Assembly: GCA_048882045.1 (NCBI GenBank)
Contig: JBHLRZ010000002.1
Location: 137,986-201,985 of the forward strand
DNA length: 64,000 nt
Direction of reading: 5' to 3'
Source: Candidatus Thorarchaeota archaeon
GTDB lineage: Archaea > Asgardarchaeota > Thorarchaeia > Thorarchaeales > Thorarchaeaceae
Shown: positions 9,147 through 18,790 of the stretch, piece after piece
Layout of the letters: every line of letters starts with the position of its first letter
Position numbering within the stretch: the stretch's first letter is position 1
Translations under genes and position numbers: made by a program
Notes under the pieces: generated by a model
Seen by the model: only the letters and a program-made list of their open reading frames with translations
Told to the model about the DNA's origin: nothing
Database searches by the model: none

Positions 9147-10346
9147 TTAGATGTCAGGAGGTTTCTTGTTGTACCATTTTGGAATCTTTTCCATTGCCGG
9201 CTCATATCCACTCAGGACATGACGACCAAGAATGAGCCGTTGAACCTCACTTGTTCCCTCATAGATCTGATAGAGCTTGGCATCCCTGAAGAGTTTCTCG
9301 AGTGGATATTGGTCTATGTAGCCATATCCGCCATGGATCTGAAGCGCCTCACTTGCAGTTTCCATTGCTACATCGGTTGCAAAGGCTTTAGCCACACTTG
9401 CAGGTACAGTTGCATCTCCTATGTTGTCTGTTGTCCAAGCTGCTTTTAGGTAAAGATTCCTTGAAGCCTCAATCTTCATGTACATTTCAGCCAATTTGAA
9501 CTGAATCACTTCAAATTCCCGCAGTTTTTGAGCAAAGACTTCTCTTTTGTTCACATAGTCTCTCGCATATTCCATCGCTACACGGGCGAGACCAGTTGCA
9601 AAGGCTGCAATTGATGGCCTAGTCATTGCAAATGTCTTCATGGCAATTCCAAATCCTTTCCCTTCAGCTCCCAAGAGGTTCTTCTCTGAAACCTTTGCAT
9701 CACGGAATATGACTGATGATGTGGTAGATGCCCTATGTCCCATCTTCTCAACGGGGCGTCCGGTTTTCACTCCTGGTGTATCAGCATCCACGATGAACGC
9801 ACAAAGAGCCTTGTGGCGCTGAGTAGGGTCAAGACTTGCAAAGACAGTGAAATAGTCTGCATGTGGTGCATTAGTAATCCAGAACTTGGACCCGTTCAAT
9901 ACGTAATTGCTTCCCTCTTTCTTTACACGCGTCTGAATTCCAGCCACATCTGAACCCATTCCTGGCTCAGAACATGCAAAGCTCACAAACTTGAGATCTT
10001 CAGTAAGTGGGCGTAGGTACTTCTCTTTTTGTTCATCAGTACCTGCTACAAGTATAGGCTCTGCACCAAGCGTGTTGACATAGATACTCGTTGTCATTCC
10101 TGCGCAGCCCGCAGCCATCTCTTCAACAACGATACATTGCTCTATGGAACCAAGTTCGAAACCTCCATACTTCTTAGGTATTGACAGGTTCATGAGACCC
10201 TCTTCCCAGCACTTCTGAATAATCGGTCGTGGAAATTCTCCACTCTTGTCGTAGTAGTGTGCGTAGGGAATCATGTACTCTTGTGCGAATCTTCGTGCCT
10301 TTTTCTGAAGTTCAAGTTGTTCATCTGTAAGACTGAAGTCAATCAT
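9147..10346 (-). CDS. Acyl-CoA dehydrogenase
   Basis: SEPGMGSD, LNGSKFWITN, QIHGGYGY, RDAKLYQIYEGTSEVQR. Confidence 0.96.
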   Translation of the reverse strand: MIDFSLTDEQLELQKKARRFAQEYMIPYAHYYDKSGEFPRPIIQKCWEEGLMNLSIPKKYGGFELGSIEQCIVVEEMAAGCAGMTTSIYVNTLGAEPILVAGTDEQKEKYLRPLTEDLKFVSFACSEPGMGSDVAGIQTRVKKEGSNYVLNGSKFWITNAPHADYFTVFASLDPTQRHKALCAFIVDADTPGVKTGRPVEKMGHRASTTSSVIFRDAKVSEKNLLGAEGKGFGIAMKTFAMTRPSIAAFATGLARVAMEYARDYVNKREVFAQKLREFEVIQFKLAEMYMKIEASRNLYLKAAWTTDNIGDATVPASVAKAFATDVAMETASEALQIHGGYGYIDQYPLEKLFRDAKLYQIYEGTSEVQRLILGRHVLSGYEPAMEKIPKWYNKKPPDI

Positions 10347-10436
10347 TGTGTTCCCTCGTCATGAGTCATGAATTTGTTTGACTCGTTTCCTTTGATTATA
10401 TACTATAAGTCAGTTGCTAAGTGGCTGTTTCGAAAC

Positions 10437-12698
10437 TCAAGGAGATGTGGTGATGTGCTTCACTACCTCAGGTAGATTCCATTTCAGTACCAACTCAAGG
10501 GCACCACCTTCTGGACCTGGACAACGTCTAACACAAGTACGACATGCAACACAGAGCCAGAGGTCGACTTCCACGCTACCAAATCCTGGTGAATCTTTTT
10601 CTAAAACTATGTCCTTGGAAGCTTTCAATGTAGCAAGGTTCTGAACAGTCTTGTAGAACAGAGACCGGTTCGATGGAAGATCTGCCAACTCCTTTTCGGA
10701 AATTTCGAAGAACTTAGGCAGCTCGATTCTCGGTTTCAACTCTATCGCATCTTCAGGACAGGAAATCTCACAGGACTTACAGCCAAGACATTTTGAGATG
10801 TCCCAATCCACAGTTCCAAATCCTAAGAGGGGGGCATACCCCATCTGACTCCTATACTCATCGAGTACTGATGGAACATCGACATCCGCGAGGTCCTCTA
10901 GGGTGACTTTTGGCCTAGTGCTTGGAATCTTGGCACGAGTTCTATACGCAAGAAGGACTGCAGATCGTATCTTTTCTTCGACCTCTACCAGTGTGTCATC
11001 ATCAACAACTGAGCCGCTGACTTTGATTGTAACTAGCTTGTCTCTTGCCTTGGCAAAGGTTTCCAGAGATGTAGCAAGCTTACCAATGTCCTGAGCCTTC
11101 AATTCTTCAAGAATTCTCTTGAGTTCACCTTTTGCTTCTGTGAGTTGCAGGGCAAGACTGGATGCAGTCTGAACTGTCAACTCAGTTTCAGTCGGTGTTC
11201 TCGGTACATCATAGAGGATGTATCCATGATCCTCTCCTGCGATAGTGAGGAGTTCATCCCGTTTCATCCGGAGGAGGTGTCGAAGAATTCTGTCTGGGGG
11301 TATGGTGGTCCTTTCAGCGATATCCTTGACTGCCATTGCACCAAGTTCTCTAATCAGAACCAAAATCGTACCCCTCTCGAGTTCGTTCTCAAGATAGGTA
11401 TCCATCATATTCTTGTACACTTCAGGATCCAATTTCTCTCCGTATACATTCAGGCCTGATACCAGATTGGGGCCTTTTTCAAGAGTAATCTTCAACCTGA
11501 ACCTTGCAAATGCTTCGAGACCAGCAGATACGAGAAGCCTAAGATTCTCCGAATCATCAGATGATTGTGAAGAAAGCAAAGCTTCAGTAGCACTGTCAAC
11601 AGATTCTCTCAGCTTTTCCAAGTTCTCAGAAAGCATGGTTTCATCATAAATTCCCAATATCTGTAGACGTTCCAGAAGCTTCTGAAGTCTTTCGAGAGAT
11701 GATTCAGCAGCAGTTGCCTCATCACCATCCAAAGACTTGACTATTCCACGGACTTGCTGAACGATTCTCTTTAGAACCATTGTCGAGTTTGGTGTTTCAG
11801 TGAGAACCTTTGAGAAGACAGGAGCATCACTCTCGAGGCTCACCATCTCTACTTCTCCTCTCTGAATCATGGTCACAATAACGTTCTGGACAGTCTGTGG
11901 TGAAACATCCATGATTTCACCCATCTGAATGACAGTCTTGGAACCCATTTTTCCAAGTATGAACATGATTATTCCACGATAAACCTCATTGAGAATGTTC
12001 TCTCTCACAAGTGTTGAGAAACGTGACTCCTCTATTCGATCCTCCCTTTTCCCTCTCTTCACCTGTGCTGTCGCTCTCAGACCAGCTCCATATCGTGTCT
12101 TTGTTCCTATCTTCTGTAGTTCATCCAATGCAAGGTCTGGGTCTGCCTCTATCTTCTCCTTGGCTTTCTCTAGGTCTTGCATAAGGGAAACCAGCTCTGA
12201 CTTTGCAGACTCAGCCTCTGCTTCTGCATTCTCTTCAAACTGCTTTATAATCGTCTCAATCTCAGATGTCAGGTCTGAAACAGTTGAGAGAACCTCGCTC
12301 ATATCTACTTTAAGGGCGACTTGCTCTTCCCTTGCAACAGTCATTCTGGATAGTGAGTCTGAGAGTAATGTTTGCAGACTCTTCAAAGGTTCAGATTCTG
12401 TGATTGACAGGGACTTCTCAAGATTTGAGATTGCCTCCTGCAGAATACCCTTGTCGTTGATTTGAGATATCAGATTTGCCTTCTTGAATGCCTTCACAAA
12501 TTCTTCAAAGTAGGAGTCCGGAAATGCCAGAATTGAATCAGTAAGAGGTGCAAGTTCTCCCTTTAGGTTCTCCAGCTCTTCCTTGACTTTACTCAGTGGG
12601 ATGGCGGACTCTTCCTTTAGTCCTCCTAGAGCTAGGACCATGTCCAGCATACGCTTTCTCTTTGGAGCGATGGTCTTCTCTGGAGTTGAATGACTCAC
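10437..12698 (-). CDS. Helical protein with two winged-helix repeats and C-terminal 2x[4Fe-4S] ferredoxin
   Basis: CLGCKSCEISCP and CVACRTCVRRCP motifs; internal repeats at aa ~237 and ~438; overlaps the upstream hdrA gene by 4 nt. Confidence 0.8.
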   Translation of the reverse strand: MSHSTPEKTIAPKRKRMLDMVLALGGLKEESAIPLSKVKEELENLKGELAPLTDSILAFPDSYFEEFVKAFKKANLISQINDKGILQEAISNLEKSLSITESEPLKSLQTLLSDSLSRMTVAREEQVALKVDMSEVLSTVSDLTSEIETIIKQFEENAEAEAESAKSELVSLMQDLEKAKEKIEADPDLALDELQKIGTKTRYGAGLRATAQVKRGKREDRIEESRFSTLVRENILNEVYRGIIMFILGKMGSKTVIQMGEIMDVSPQTVQNVIVTMIQRGEVEMVSLESDAPVFSKVLTETPNSTMVLKRIVQQVRGIVKSLDGDEATAAESSLERLQKLLERLQILGIYDETMLSENLEKLRESVDSATEALLSSQSSDDSENLRLLVSAGLEAFARFRLKITLEKGPNLVSGLNVYGEKLDPEVYKNMMDTYLENELERGTILVLIRELGAMAVKDIAERTTIPPDRILRHLLRMKRDELLTIAGEDHGYILYDVPRTPTETELTVQTASSLALQLTEAKGELKRILEELKAQDIGKLATSLETFAKARDKLVTIKVSGSVVDDDTLVEVEEKIRSAVLLAYRTRAKIPSTRPKVTLEDLADVDVPSVLDEYRSQMGYAPLLGFGTVDWDISKCLGCKSCEISCPEDAIELKPRIELPKFFEISEKELADLPSNRSLFYKTVQNLATLKASKDIVLEKDSPGFGSVEVDLWLCVACRTCVRRCPGPEGGALELVLKWNLPEVVKHITTSP

Positions 12699-14869
12699 TC
12701 ACTCACCTCCATCCATTTACCAGCTGTTCCTTCATGTACTGGCGTAGGTCCGAGCTTCTTTGCACGTTTCACCATCTCATTAATCGCATTAGTGAATCTT
12801 TCAGGTTCTGCGCTAAACATTCTGAACATTTCTACACGTTCACCTTTCCAACCAATTGCACTGAGTATGTCTCGCGCTACGTCGACTTGCACTTGAGCAA
12901 TCTCGTTTCCAGTACCTCCGATGTGACAGCGGTCCTTCTCACAAGCGGCAATCATGACGGTACTGGCACCACTTTCGAAACCTTTCAGAATGTCGATTAT
13001 ACTCACTCGTCCAGCACACGGTACGGGTATGAAACGAGTACTTGCAGGGTACTCCCTCTTCTGTGTTCCAACTATATCAATCGTTGACACCGAACACTCT
13101 TCACAATAGAAACAGAGTGTGATAGGATACTCTGGACCTGCATTTTCCAAAAGAGCTTCGATCTCAGACCAGAGCTGTTCATTTGAGAGAAAACTGAGCT
13201 GGGTTGCTCCAGATGGACAGAGGCTCTGACAAACTCCACAGGAGTGGCAGTTCAGAGTATCAATTGAAGCCTTAAAGAGAATCTTTTGTTCCTCATCAAC
13301 TTCTTCAGCCTCAGTCTGTTCAATCATGAGTGGGACTCCGCGAGGACACTGTTGTGCACATAGACTACACCCAACACAGTCATCAACATCTAGGATTGCG
13401 CCTCGTGCTGGAGACTCGATCACACCTCCCTGGAGCTCGTTGTGAATGATAAGGGCTCCAGCTTGAGCATCTGTAACAGCCTCAAACACGAACTGCGGTC
13501 TCGTCGCTCCTCCCACTGCAACTACTCCGCGTCTGCGGGTTTCGTTCCTTCTAAGTTTTCCATAGAGTTCCTTTACATGACCATCGTCCTCAATTGCATA
13601 GCCCAGACTCTCAGAGAGTTCAGAGATTCCATCTGGTGGTAATATTGCAGAGGACAGAACAAGAAGGTCAATTGGAATTTCAAGATACTTGTCCAGAAGA
13701 GAGTCGTATATTCTGACAAAAGTCTGATTCTCATTCTCCCAGGTCATACTGACCCGACCGCGAATATAATCAACGCCTTTCTCTCTGGACTCTTTGTATA
13801 TCAGCTCATTTTCGAATGGCACACGGATATCCATATACACTATTCGTATGTTCACATCAGGAACCTTTTCCATTAATTCAAGTGAGTTATCAATGGCAAA
13901 TGTACAACAGAGCTTACTGCAGTCCCTTTTGTAGTCCTCCGACCTACTCCCAACGCACTGGACCATCACAACTTCTCTCACAGGTTCTCCATCAGAAGGT
14001 CTGACCACTTTCCCATCAGAAAGCATTCGGGATAGTTCAAACTGTGTGAGGACATCTGGATTTTTACCGTATCTATACTCGTCCATAGCTTCTGGTTTGA
14101 ACTCATTGAAACCAGTTGCCAAGACTATTCCTGAGGTTTTGAGTGTCAGCTCATCCTCATCACCAGACAAATAATGAACTGTAAAGTTTCCCATCTCTCC
14201 AGTTACATACTTGATTTTCGTCTTTGTCATGACTGTAATGTTCTCTTCTTTCTGGAGAGCCTCCAATCTTCCACTGAGAATCTCCTTCCCAGATTTTCCT
14301 GTTGGTGCTACGACGGGTAGGTCCTTTACATGACCTCCAAGCTCATCTGAAATCTCTAATAGAGCGACCCTGTATCCAAGATTGGCCAGACCAAGCGCAG
14401 ACTCAATGCCCGCAACTCCGCCTCCGATGACTGTCACATGGTTGGGAATCTCTTTCTTTTCCTTTGCTATTGGGCTTGAACGCGCAGACCTTGCTAACGC
14501 TCCGCGGATCATGTCGATGGACTTCTGAGTGGCTTCGTCTGTTTCCTTATGGACCCAGGCTGAATGTTCTCGAATGTTGACAAATTGGATCTGAGAAGGA
14601 TTGATTCCATTGGATTCCAGAAAGTGTTTGATTCGAGGCTGTATCTTTTGACTGGTGCATGCAGCAATGACAAGACGACCATCGTTCTTCTTGAGTAGGT
14701 CTGCTATCTTCGTGAGTCCTTCCTCTTGACAGACTAGGTCATGGACAGTCACTGATGATGCTAGAGCAATTTTTCCAACTTCAGTTTCTAAAGAATCGTA
14801 CTTCAATGGGAGTTGTTTGCCACAGGTACAGATGAGAACTGCAGATTTGTTTTCGCTCATCCATATCAC
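12695..14869 (-). CDS. hdrA: HdrA-like flavoprotein fused to MvhD (QmoB-like)
   Basis: CTCG, NIREH, VIGGGVAG, QCVGSR..CSKLCC, two ferredoxin motifs, C-terminal MvhD domain (VPCAGRV, ACEKDRCH, LGPTP). Confidence 0.9.
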   Translation of the reverse strand: MIWMSENKSAVLICTCGKQLPLKYDSLETEVGKIALASSVTVHDLVCQEEGLTKIADLLKKNDGRLVIAACTSQKIQPRIKHFLESNGINPSQIQFVNIREHSAWVHKETDEATQKSIDMIRGALARSARSSPIAKEKKEIPNHVTVIGGGVAGIESALGLANLGYRVALLEISDELGGHVKDLPVVAPTGKSGKEILSGRLEALQKEENITVMTKTKIKYVTGEMGNFTVHYLSGDEDELTLKTSGIVLATGFNEFKPEAMDEYRYGKNPDVLTQFELSRMLSDGKVVRPSDGEPVREVVMVQCVGSRSEDYKRDCSKLCCTFAIDNSLELMEKVPDVNIRIVYMDIRVPFENELIYKESREKGVDYIRGRVSMTWENENQTFVRIYDSLLDKYLEIPIDLLVLSSAILPPDGISELSESLGYAIEDDGHVKELYGKLRRNETRRRGVVAVGGATRPQFVFEAVTDAQAGALIIHNELQGGVIESPARGAILDVDDCVGCSLCAQQCPRGVPLMIEQTEAEEVDEEQKILFKASIDTLNCHSCGVCQSLCPSGATQLSFLSNEQLWSEIEALLENAGPEYPITLCFYCEECSVSTIDIVGTQKREYPASTRFIPVPCAGRVSIIDILKGFESGASTVMIAACEKDRCHIGGTGNEIAQVQVDVARDILSAIGWKGERVEMFRMFSAEPERFTNAINEMVKRAKKLGPTPVHEGTAGKWMEVSE

Positions 14870-16128
14870 TTCCTGCTCTGCAGAATCTTGGAAACTACTG
14901 CGCGCGCCTGCGTTACGCTCTCTGGAACCTCTGCTGGGCCCAATGCTGTACCACAGGCGTATACGTGGTCTCCCACTACCACTTCGTTCTCTGATACTGG
15001 ATCTGAAGGACCAACAAAGCCACTTGCAGACTTCAGTCCCAGGGTTTCGATAATTTTGTTTGCATCAGCTGGGGGTTCGAGGGCTGATGAGAGGACAAAT
15101 AGGTCTACTGAGAACTTGAGATACCTATTCAGCAGCGAGTCATAGACAACTATCTCCAGTGAGTCGTCATCTCTGGGAGTGATAAGGGATACTCTTCCAC
15201 GGATGAATTCCACACCAGATTCCCTTGTTTCACGATAGTACCTCTCGTATCTGTCGTAAGTACGGATGTCCATGTATACAACGCTCACTTTGTCTACATC
15301 CCGCTCCTGCGTGATGATATTGGCATGTTTGAGTGCAAAGATACAACAAATCTTGGAGCAGTAGGGGTAGTAGTTCTCATCCCTGCTCCCTACGCACTGA
15401 ACCATCATGACATGTTTTGCTGGTTTACCGTCAGATGGTCTCAGTAATAGTCCACCTGACTCCCCCAGTGGATCGAGAATCTGCGCTAGTTCAAGTTGTG
15501 TAATGATATTGGGATGTTTTCCATAGCTATACTCTTCTACATTTGTTGGTTGCATTTCATGATATCCCGTCGCAATGACTATGTCTGAAACGGTAACACT
15601 CTCTTCGGTGGATTGAGCACTCAAATCTATGGCACTGGTTGGACACTCCTCAGCTGCCTGTTTAGCTCCTTCATTCCTTCCTTCAGGGTCATAGACCACA
15701 GCCTGTGGCTGACACTGAGGAGAAAGAAGACGAAAGGCCTCTGACTTCTCCAGACATAACCCACACATTATACACTTCTTCGGATCGACGTACTGAGGAC
15801 CTACCTTGAGTTTTACTGAGAACTTCCCTGGTGTGCCAGATATCTCTTGGACCTCACTGTTCATCTTTAGACTGATATTTGGTTGATCAGTCAGTGCACT
15901 CCGATAGAAGCATTTGCGTATTCCAGGACGCCATCGGTTTCCTTCAAAGCAGTAGAAACAGTCGTCAGTTGGAAATGCTTTGTAGAGGTCTAGTGCATTA
16001 CCCCCTACGGTGGAAAGACGCTCAACTAAGACTGTCTGAATACCAGAATCTGCTAGTTGAATGGCAGCAGTCATCCCTGCAACGCCTGCGCCAATGACGA
16101 GGACAGGATTAGACACTCCTTCTTTCAC
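14866..16128 (-). CDS. hdrA: Short HdrA-like flavoprotein (QmoA-like)
   Basis: VIGAGVAG, KAFPTDDCFYC, QCVGSRD..YCSKICC, YMDIRT. Confidence 0.9.
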   Translation of the reverse strand: MKEGVSNPVLVIGAGVAGMTAAIQLADSGIQTVLVERLSTVGGNALDLYKAFPTDDCFYCFEGNRWRPGIRKCFYRSALTDQPNISLKMNSEVQEISGTPGKFSVKLKVGPQYVDPKKCIMCGLCLEKSEAFRLLSPQCQPQAVVYDPEGRNEGAKQAAEECPTSAIDLSAQSTEESVTVSDIVIATGYHEMQPTNVEEYSYGKHPNIITQLELAQILDPLGESGGLLLRPSDGKPAKHVMMVQCVGSRDENYYPYCSKICCIFALKHANIITQERDVDKVSVVYMDIRTYDRYERYYRETRESGVEFIRGRVSLITPRDDDSLEIVVYDSLLNRYLKFSVDLFVLSSALEPPADANKIIETLGLKSASGFVGPSDPVSENEVVVGDHVYACGTALGPAEVPESVTQARAVVSKILQSRK

Positions 16129-16129
16129 C

Positions 16130-16996
16130 TCAGCCAGTCAGATGGTCAAGAATCGGATCTGCAGGTACCCTGTTCATGCTTAGGCCGATTTCTTCTTCAT
16201 CCATTCCTAGGGCGAGTCCAAGGATCTGGGGGTACAAGAGCACTGGTAGACCATACTCCTCTCCATAGGACTCCTTCAGACCAAGTTGTTGTAGATCAAG
16301 TTGATTTCCGCATGCCGGACAGACCACAGTGATAAATACAGCACCGAACTCCTTCATAGACTTCAGCTTATCACGTGCTAGACGTATGGCTAATGATTCG
16401 TTCACTGGAAGAACTGTTGCTCCACAACACTGTTTCCATAGAGGATATTCTACAACTTTAGCACCTGTGGCCTCTACCAGCTCGTTCAGATACTCAGGCT
16501 TGAACTCAGTCACATCTACAGGACGAAGAACATGGCAGCCATAGTGAATTGCTATTCCTACACCATCAAGAGGTTTGGCAATTTTCTTCTTTATCTCTTC
16601 AATACCAACATCTGTGTAGAGCGCTTCCACAAAGTGACGAGGTGTTATGGATCCTTTGAACTCCAGCCCTTCTTTTTTCAGGACTGCATTGACTTTCTTT
16701 CTGTAATCGTCATCATGTTTGAGAAAGTGATACACATCTTTGAGTGTGCCAAAACAACCATTGCACGGGGTAACAATATCATGCCCGTTCTTCTCCGCGA
16801 TTGCCAGGGTCCTTGCGTTGATGATCAACCATCCCATCATGTCAATAGCTCGTAGATTTGGACTTCCACAACAAGCGACCCCTTCCATGTATTCAAGCTG
16901 CATATCAAAAGCTTCTGCAACCTTGGACATAGCAGCCTCATAATTTGGGTAGTTTGCAGGTACACTACAACCCATGTATAAGTTGTAAACTGGCAT
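16130..16996 (-). CDS. hdrB: Heterodisulfide reductase subunit B
   Basis: Two CCG domains: GC..CCG..CNGC and HYGCH..CCG..CPAC..QLD. Confidence 0.95.
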   Translation of the reverse strand: MPVYNLYMGCSVPANYPNYEAAMSKVAEAFDMQLEYMEGVACCGSPNLRAIDMMGWLIINARTLAIAEKNGHDIVTPCNGCFGTLKDVYHFLKHDDDYRKKVNAVLKKEGLEFKGSITPRHFVEALYTDVGIEEIKKKIAKPLDGVGIAIHYGCHVLRPVDVTEFKPEYLNELVEATGAKVVEYPLWKQCCGATVLPVNESLAIRLARDKLKSMKEFGAVFITVVCPACGNQLDLQQLGLKESYGEEYGLPVLLYPQILGLALGMDEEEIGLSMNRVPADPILDHLTG

Positions 16997-17548
16997 CTAC
17001 TCCTCCCCCTCCACGAGTTTCTTAGTTCTTGTTTCGGACAGAATCTCCTTAACAGGATCTACTGCAAGACCAGGTACTTCCGGTTCCAGACCCATGTCTT
17101 CACGTTCCCAATCTGCAGTGACTGTATACAGCTGTCCTTTCTCCAACAGCTCTTTTCCCAGACCAACAATATTGGGTGGTACTTTCCCTTCTTCTGCTGC
17201 CAAATTTTTGCAGTCAAAGAAGATGTCAGTGACCCGTACTTTCTGTGGACATCTCTCCTGACATTGGAAACATGTCAGACATAGCCAAATTTCCTCAGAA
17301 GAGAGCACTTCTTCTCGCATACCCAACAATATCATTCGAATCAATTGATGGGGTTTGTATTCCCAGAAGTTTGCGATAGGACATGCAGCCGTGCAGGTCG
17401 AGCAAGCAAAACAGGCTGATAGTTCCTCCCCATTTGGCATGCTATGAATCTCTTCACGAAACTTTCTGTCGAGTTTTGACATGTCTATGGGGTCAATCAA
17501 TGTGACTGGGGGTCCGGTTGGTTCAGCTGGTTCATCTTTTTCAGCCAT
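16997..17548 (-). CDS. hdrC: Heterodisulfide reductase subunit C
   Basis: CFACSTCTAACP and WLCLTCFQCQERCP; start ATG 17548. Confidence 0.95.
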   Translation of the reverse strand: MAEKDEPAEPTGPPVTLIDPIDMSKLDRKFREEIHSMPNGEELSACFACSTCTAACPIANFWEYKPHQLIRMILLGMREEVLSSEEIWLCLTCFQCQERCPQKVRVTDIFFDCKNLAAEEGKVPPNIVGLGKELLEKGQLYTVTADWEREDMGLEPEVPGLAVDPVKEILSETRTKKLVEGEE

Positions 17549-17647
17549 GATGCACACCACAAGCATTTGTTAGCTTTTGGCAGATGATAGAGCGATTTTG
17601 CATCCCATATTAAAAGTTTACAGACGTGACGAGTTTTGTGAACTTTG

Positions 17648-17836
17648 CTAGTCTGGTAGTCCTTTGAGATAGATCAATCGTAATATTCCAGTCAATCCAA
17701 GTGTGACAAAGCCCAAGTAGAGAGCTACTTCGATTATCCCCCAAGAGGGTGGGAGATAGACCAGTACCCCCAATACAGCTAGCACAAAGCACACAAAACC
17801 AACAAGAAAGAAGGGCCATGAACGTGGAGCTGACAT
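17648..17836 (-). CDS. Small 2-TM membrane protein
   Basis: 62 aa with two hydrophobic segments, ATG start, co-oriented with neighbours. Confidence 0.6.
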   Translation of the reverse strand: MSAPRSWPFFLVGFVCFVLAVLGVLVYLPPSWGIIEVALYLGFVTLGLTGILRLIYLKGLPD

Positions 17837-17876
17837 GATATCGCTAGCGCTTAATTGACACTTAGGACTTTCTGTA

Positions 17877-18164
17877 CTATGCTGTCTGGAGTAACTGTAG
17901 CACTTTTTCCATTCGTGTTCTCAGGTGATGATAAGGTTGTATTGAAGATTCCCTCATTTCTGCGCACGTCTTAATCAGATATCCCTTGAGATCTTCACTA
18001 TCTCCCTTCAGTTTGGCAAGCGTAGGACTTGTCCCATTTAGAAGACGTAGAGTGTTAGTAAGCGCAATTTGGAACTTGTCATGGTCTAGACTCACTCTGT
18101 TTTTTGCTTCTTCGATATATTTGATAATTGATGTAATCTCCGTGATGACAGCATCCTTCTTCAT
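17877..18164 (-). CDS. Hypothetical helical protein
   Basis: ATGA overlap with the GINS gene stop; 95 aa. Confidence 0.7.
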   Translation of the reverse strand: MKKDAVITEITSIIKYIEEAKNRVSLDHDKFQIALTNTLRLLNGTSPTLAKLKGDSEDLKGYLIKTCAEMRESSIQPYHHLRTRMEKVLQLLQTA

Positions 18165-18790
18165 TCCATATCCTCCTCAGGAACAAAACGAACAACTGTA
18201 CCATCGCGCAACCAGTGACTCACATTGGCTGCTGGAAGTTTGGCAACGGACTCCTTCTTGAAAGGTCCATAGGTTTTCTCATCAAGACCCATTACCTGCT
18301 CTTCGATCTCACGTAAGAACCTGACATAGACATAGTCAATCTCATCAGAGTCTGATGCAAGATCAGAGTCTTTTTTCTTTGCCTCTTTCTTCTGCCTTTT
18401 CTTTTTCTTCTTCGTTGATGGAGTTCCAGCCAGTGAGTCCTTAACGAACTCTGTGTGTCCATCTAGAGCGTTCTGAAACCTGTTATAGAAGTCCTCTTCT
18501 GAGAGGGTCATGTCCCCTCTTGGTCGATGACCTGACAAAGCAGCCCTCAGAATTTTCTGTTTTCGAATATTGAGCAGGTCCTCTATCATGAACTCAAGAT
18601 TAAGGATCTCTTGTGTTAGGATATCCGCTTGAATGCGTTCTTCTGAACCAAGAGCCGCTAAGGAGAGTCGTACATTGGAAAGATATGATACCATTTTACT
18701 GAGTTTCAAATCACCCAAATCTTGAAGTCCTTCATTCTCTTGTTCACTCTTCCATGCTGATTGTATGTCTGAATATCCTAGCTCACTCAA
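18161..18790 (-). CDS. GINS subunit (Gins51/Gins15 type)
   Basis: E.....LQ.L, IRKQKI...A, MTLSEEDFY A-domain; VRFL..I...MGLD..TYGPF B-domain; follows priS. Confidence 0.88.
   Translation of the reverse strand: MSELGYSDIQSAWKSEQENEGLQDLGDLKLSKMVSYLSNVRLSLAALGSEERIQADILTQEILNLEFMIEDLLNIRKQKILRAALSGHRPRGDMTLSEEDFYNRFQNALDGHTEFVKDSLAGTPSTKKKKKRQKKEAKKKDSDLASDSDEIDYVYVRFLREIEEQVMGLDEKTYGPFKKESVAKLPAANVSHWLRDGTVVRFVPEEDME

Noticed and set aside
6417-17548. Selenocysteine (in-frame TGA) in MvhD/HdrA, as known in some Asgard archaea
   Set aside because: All these ORFs are uninterrupted, with Cys at the relevant motifs.
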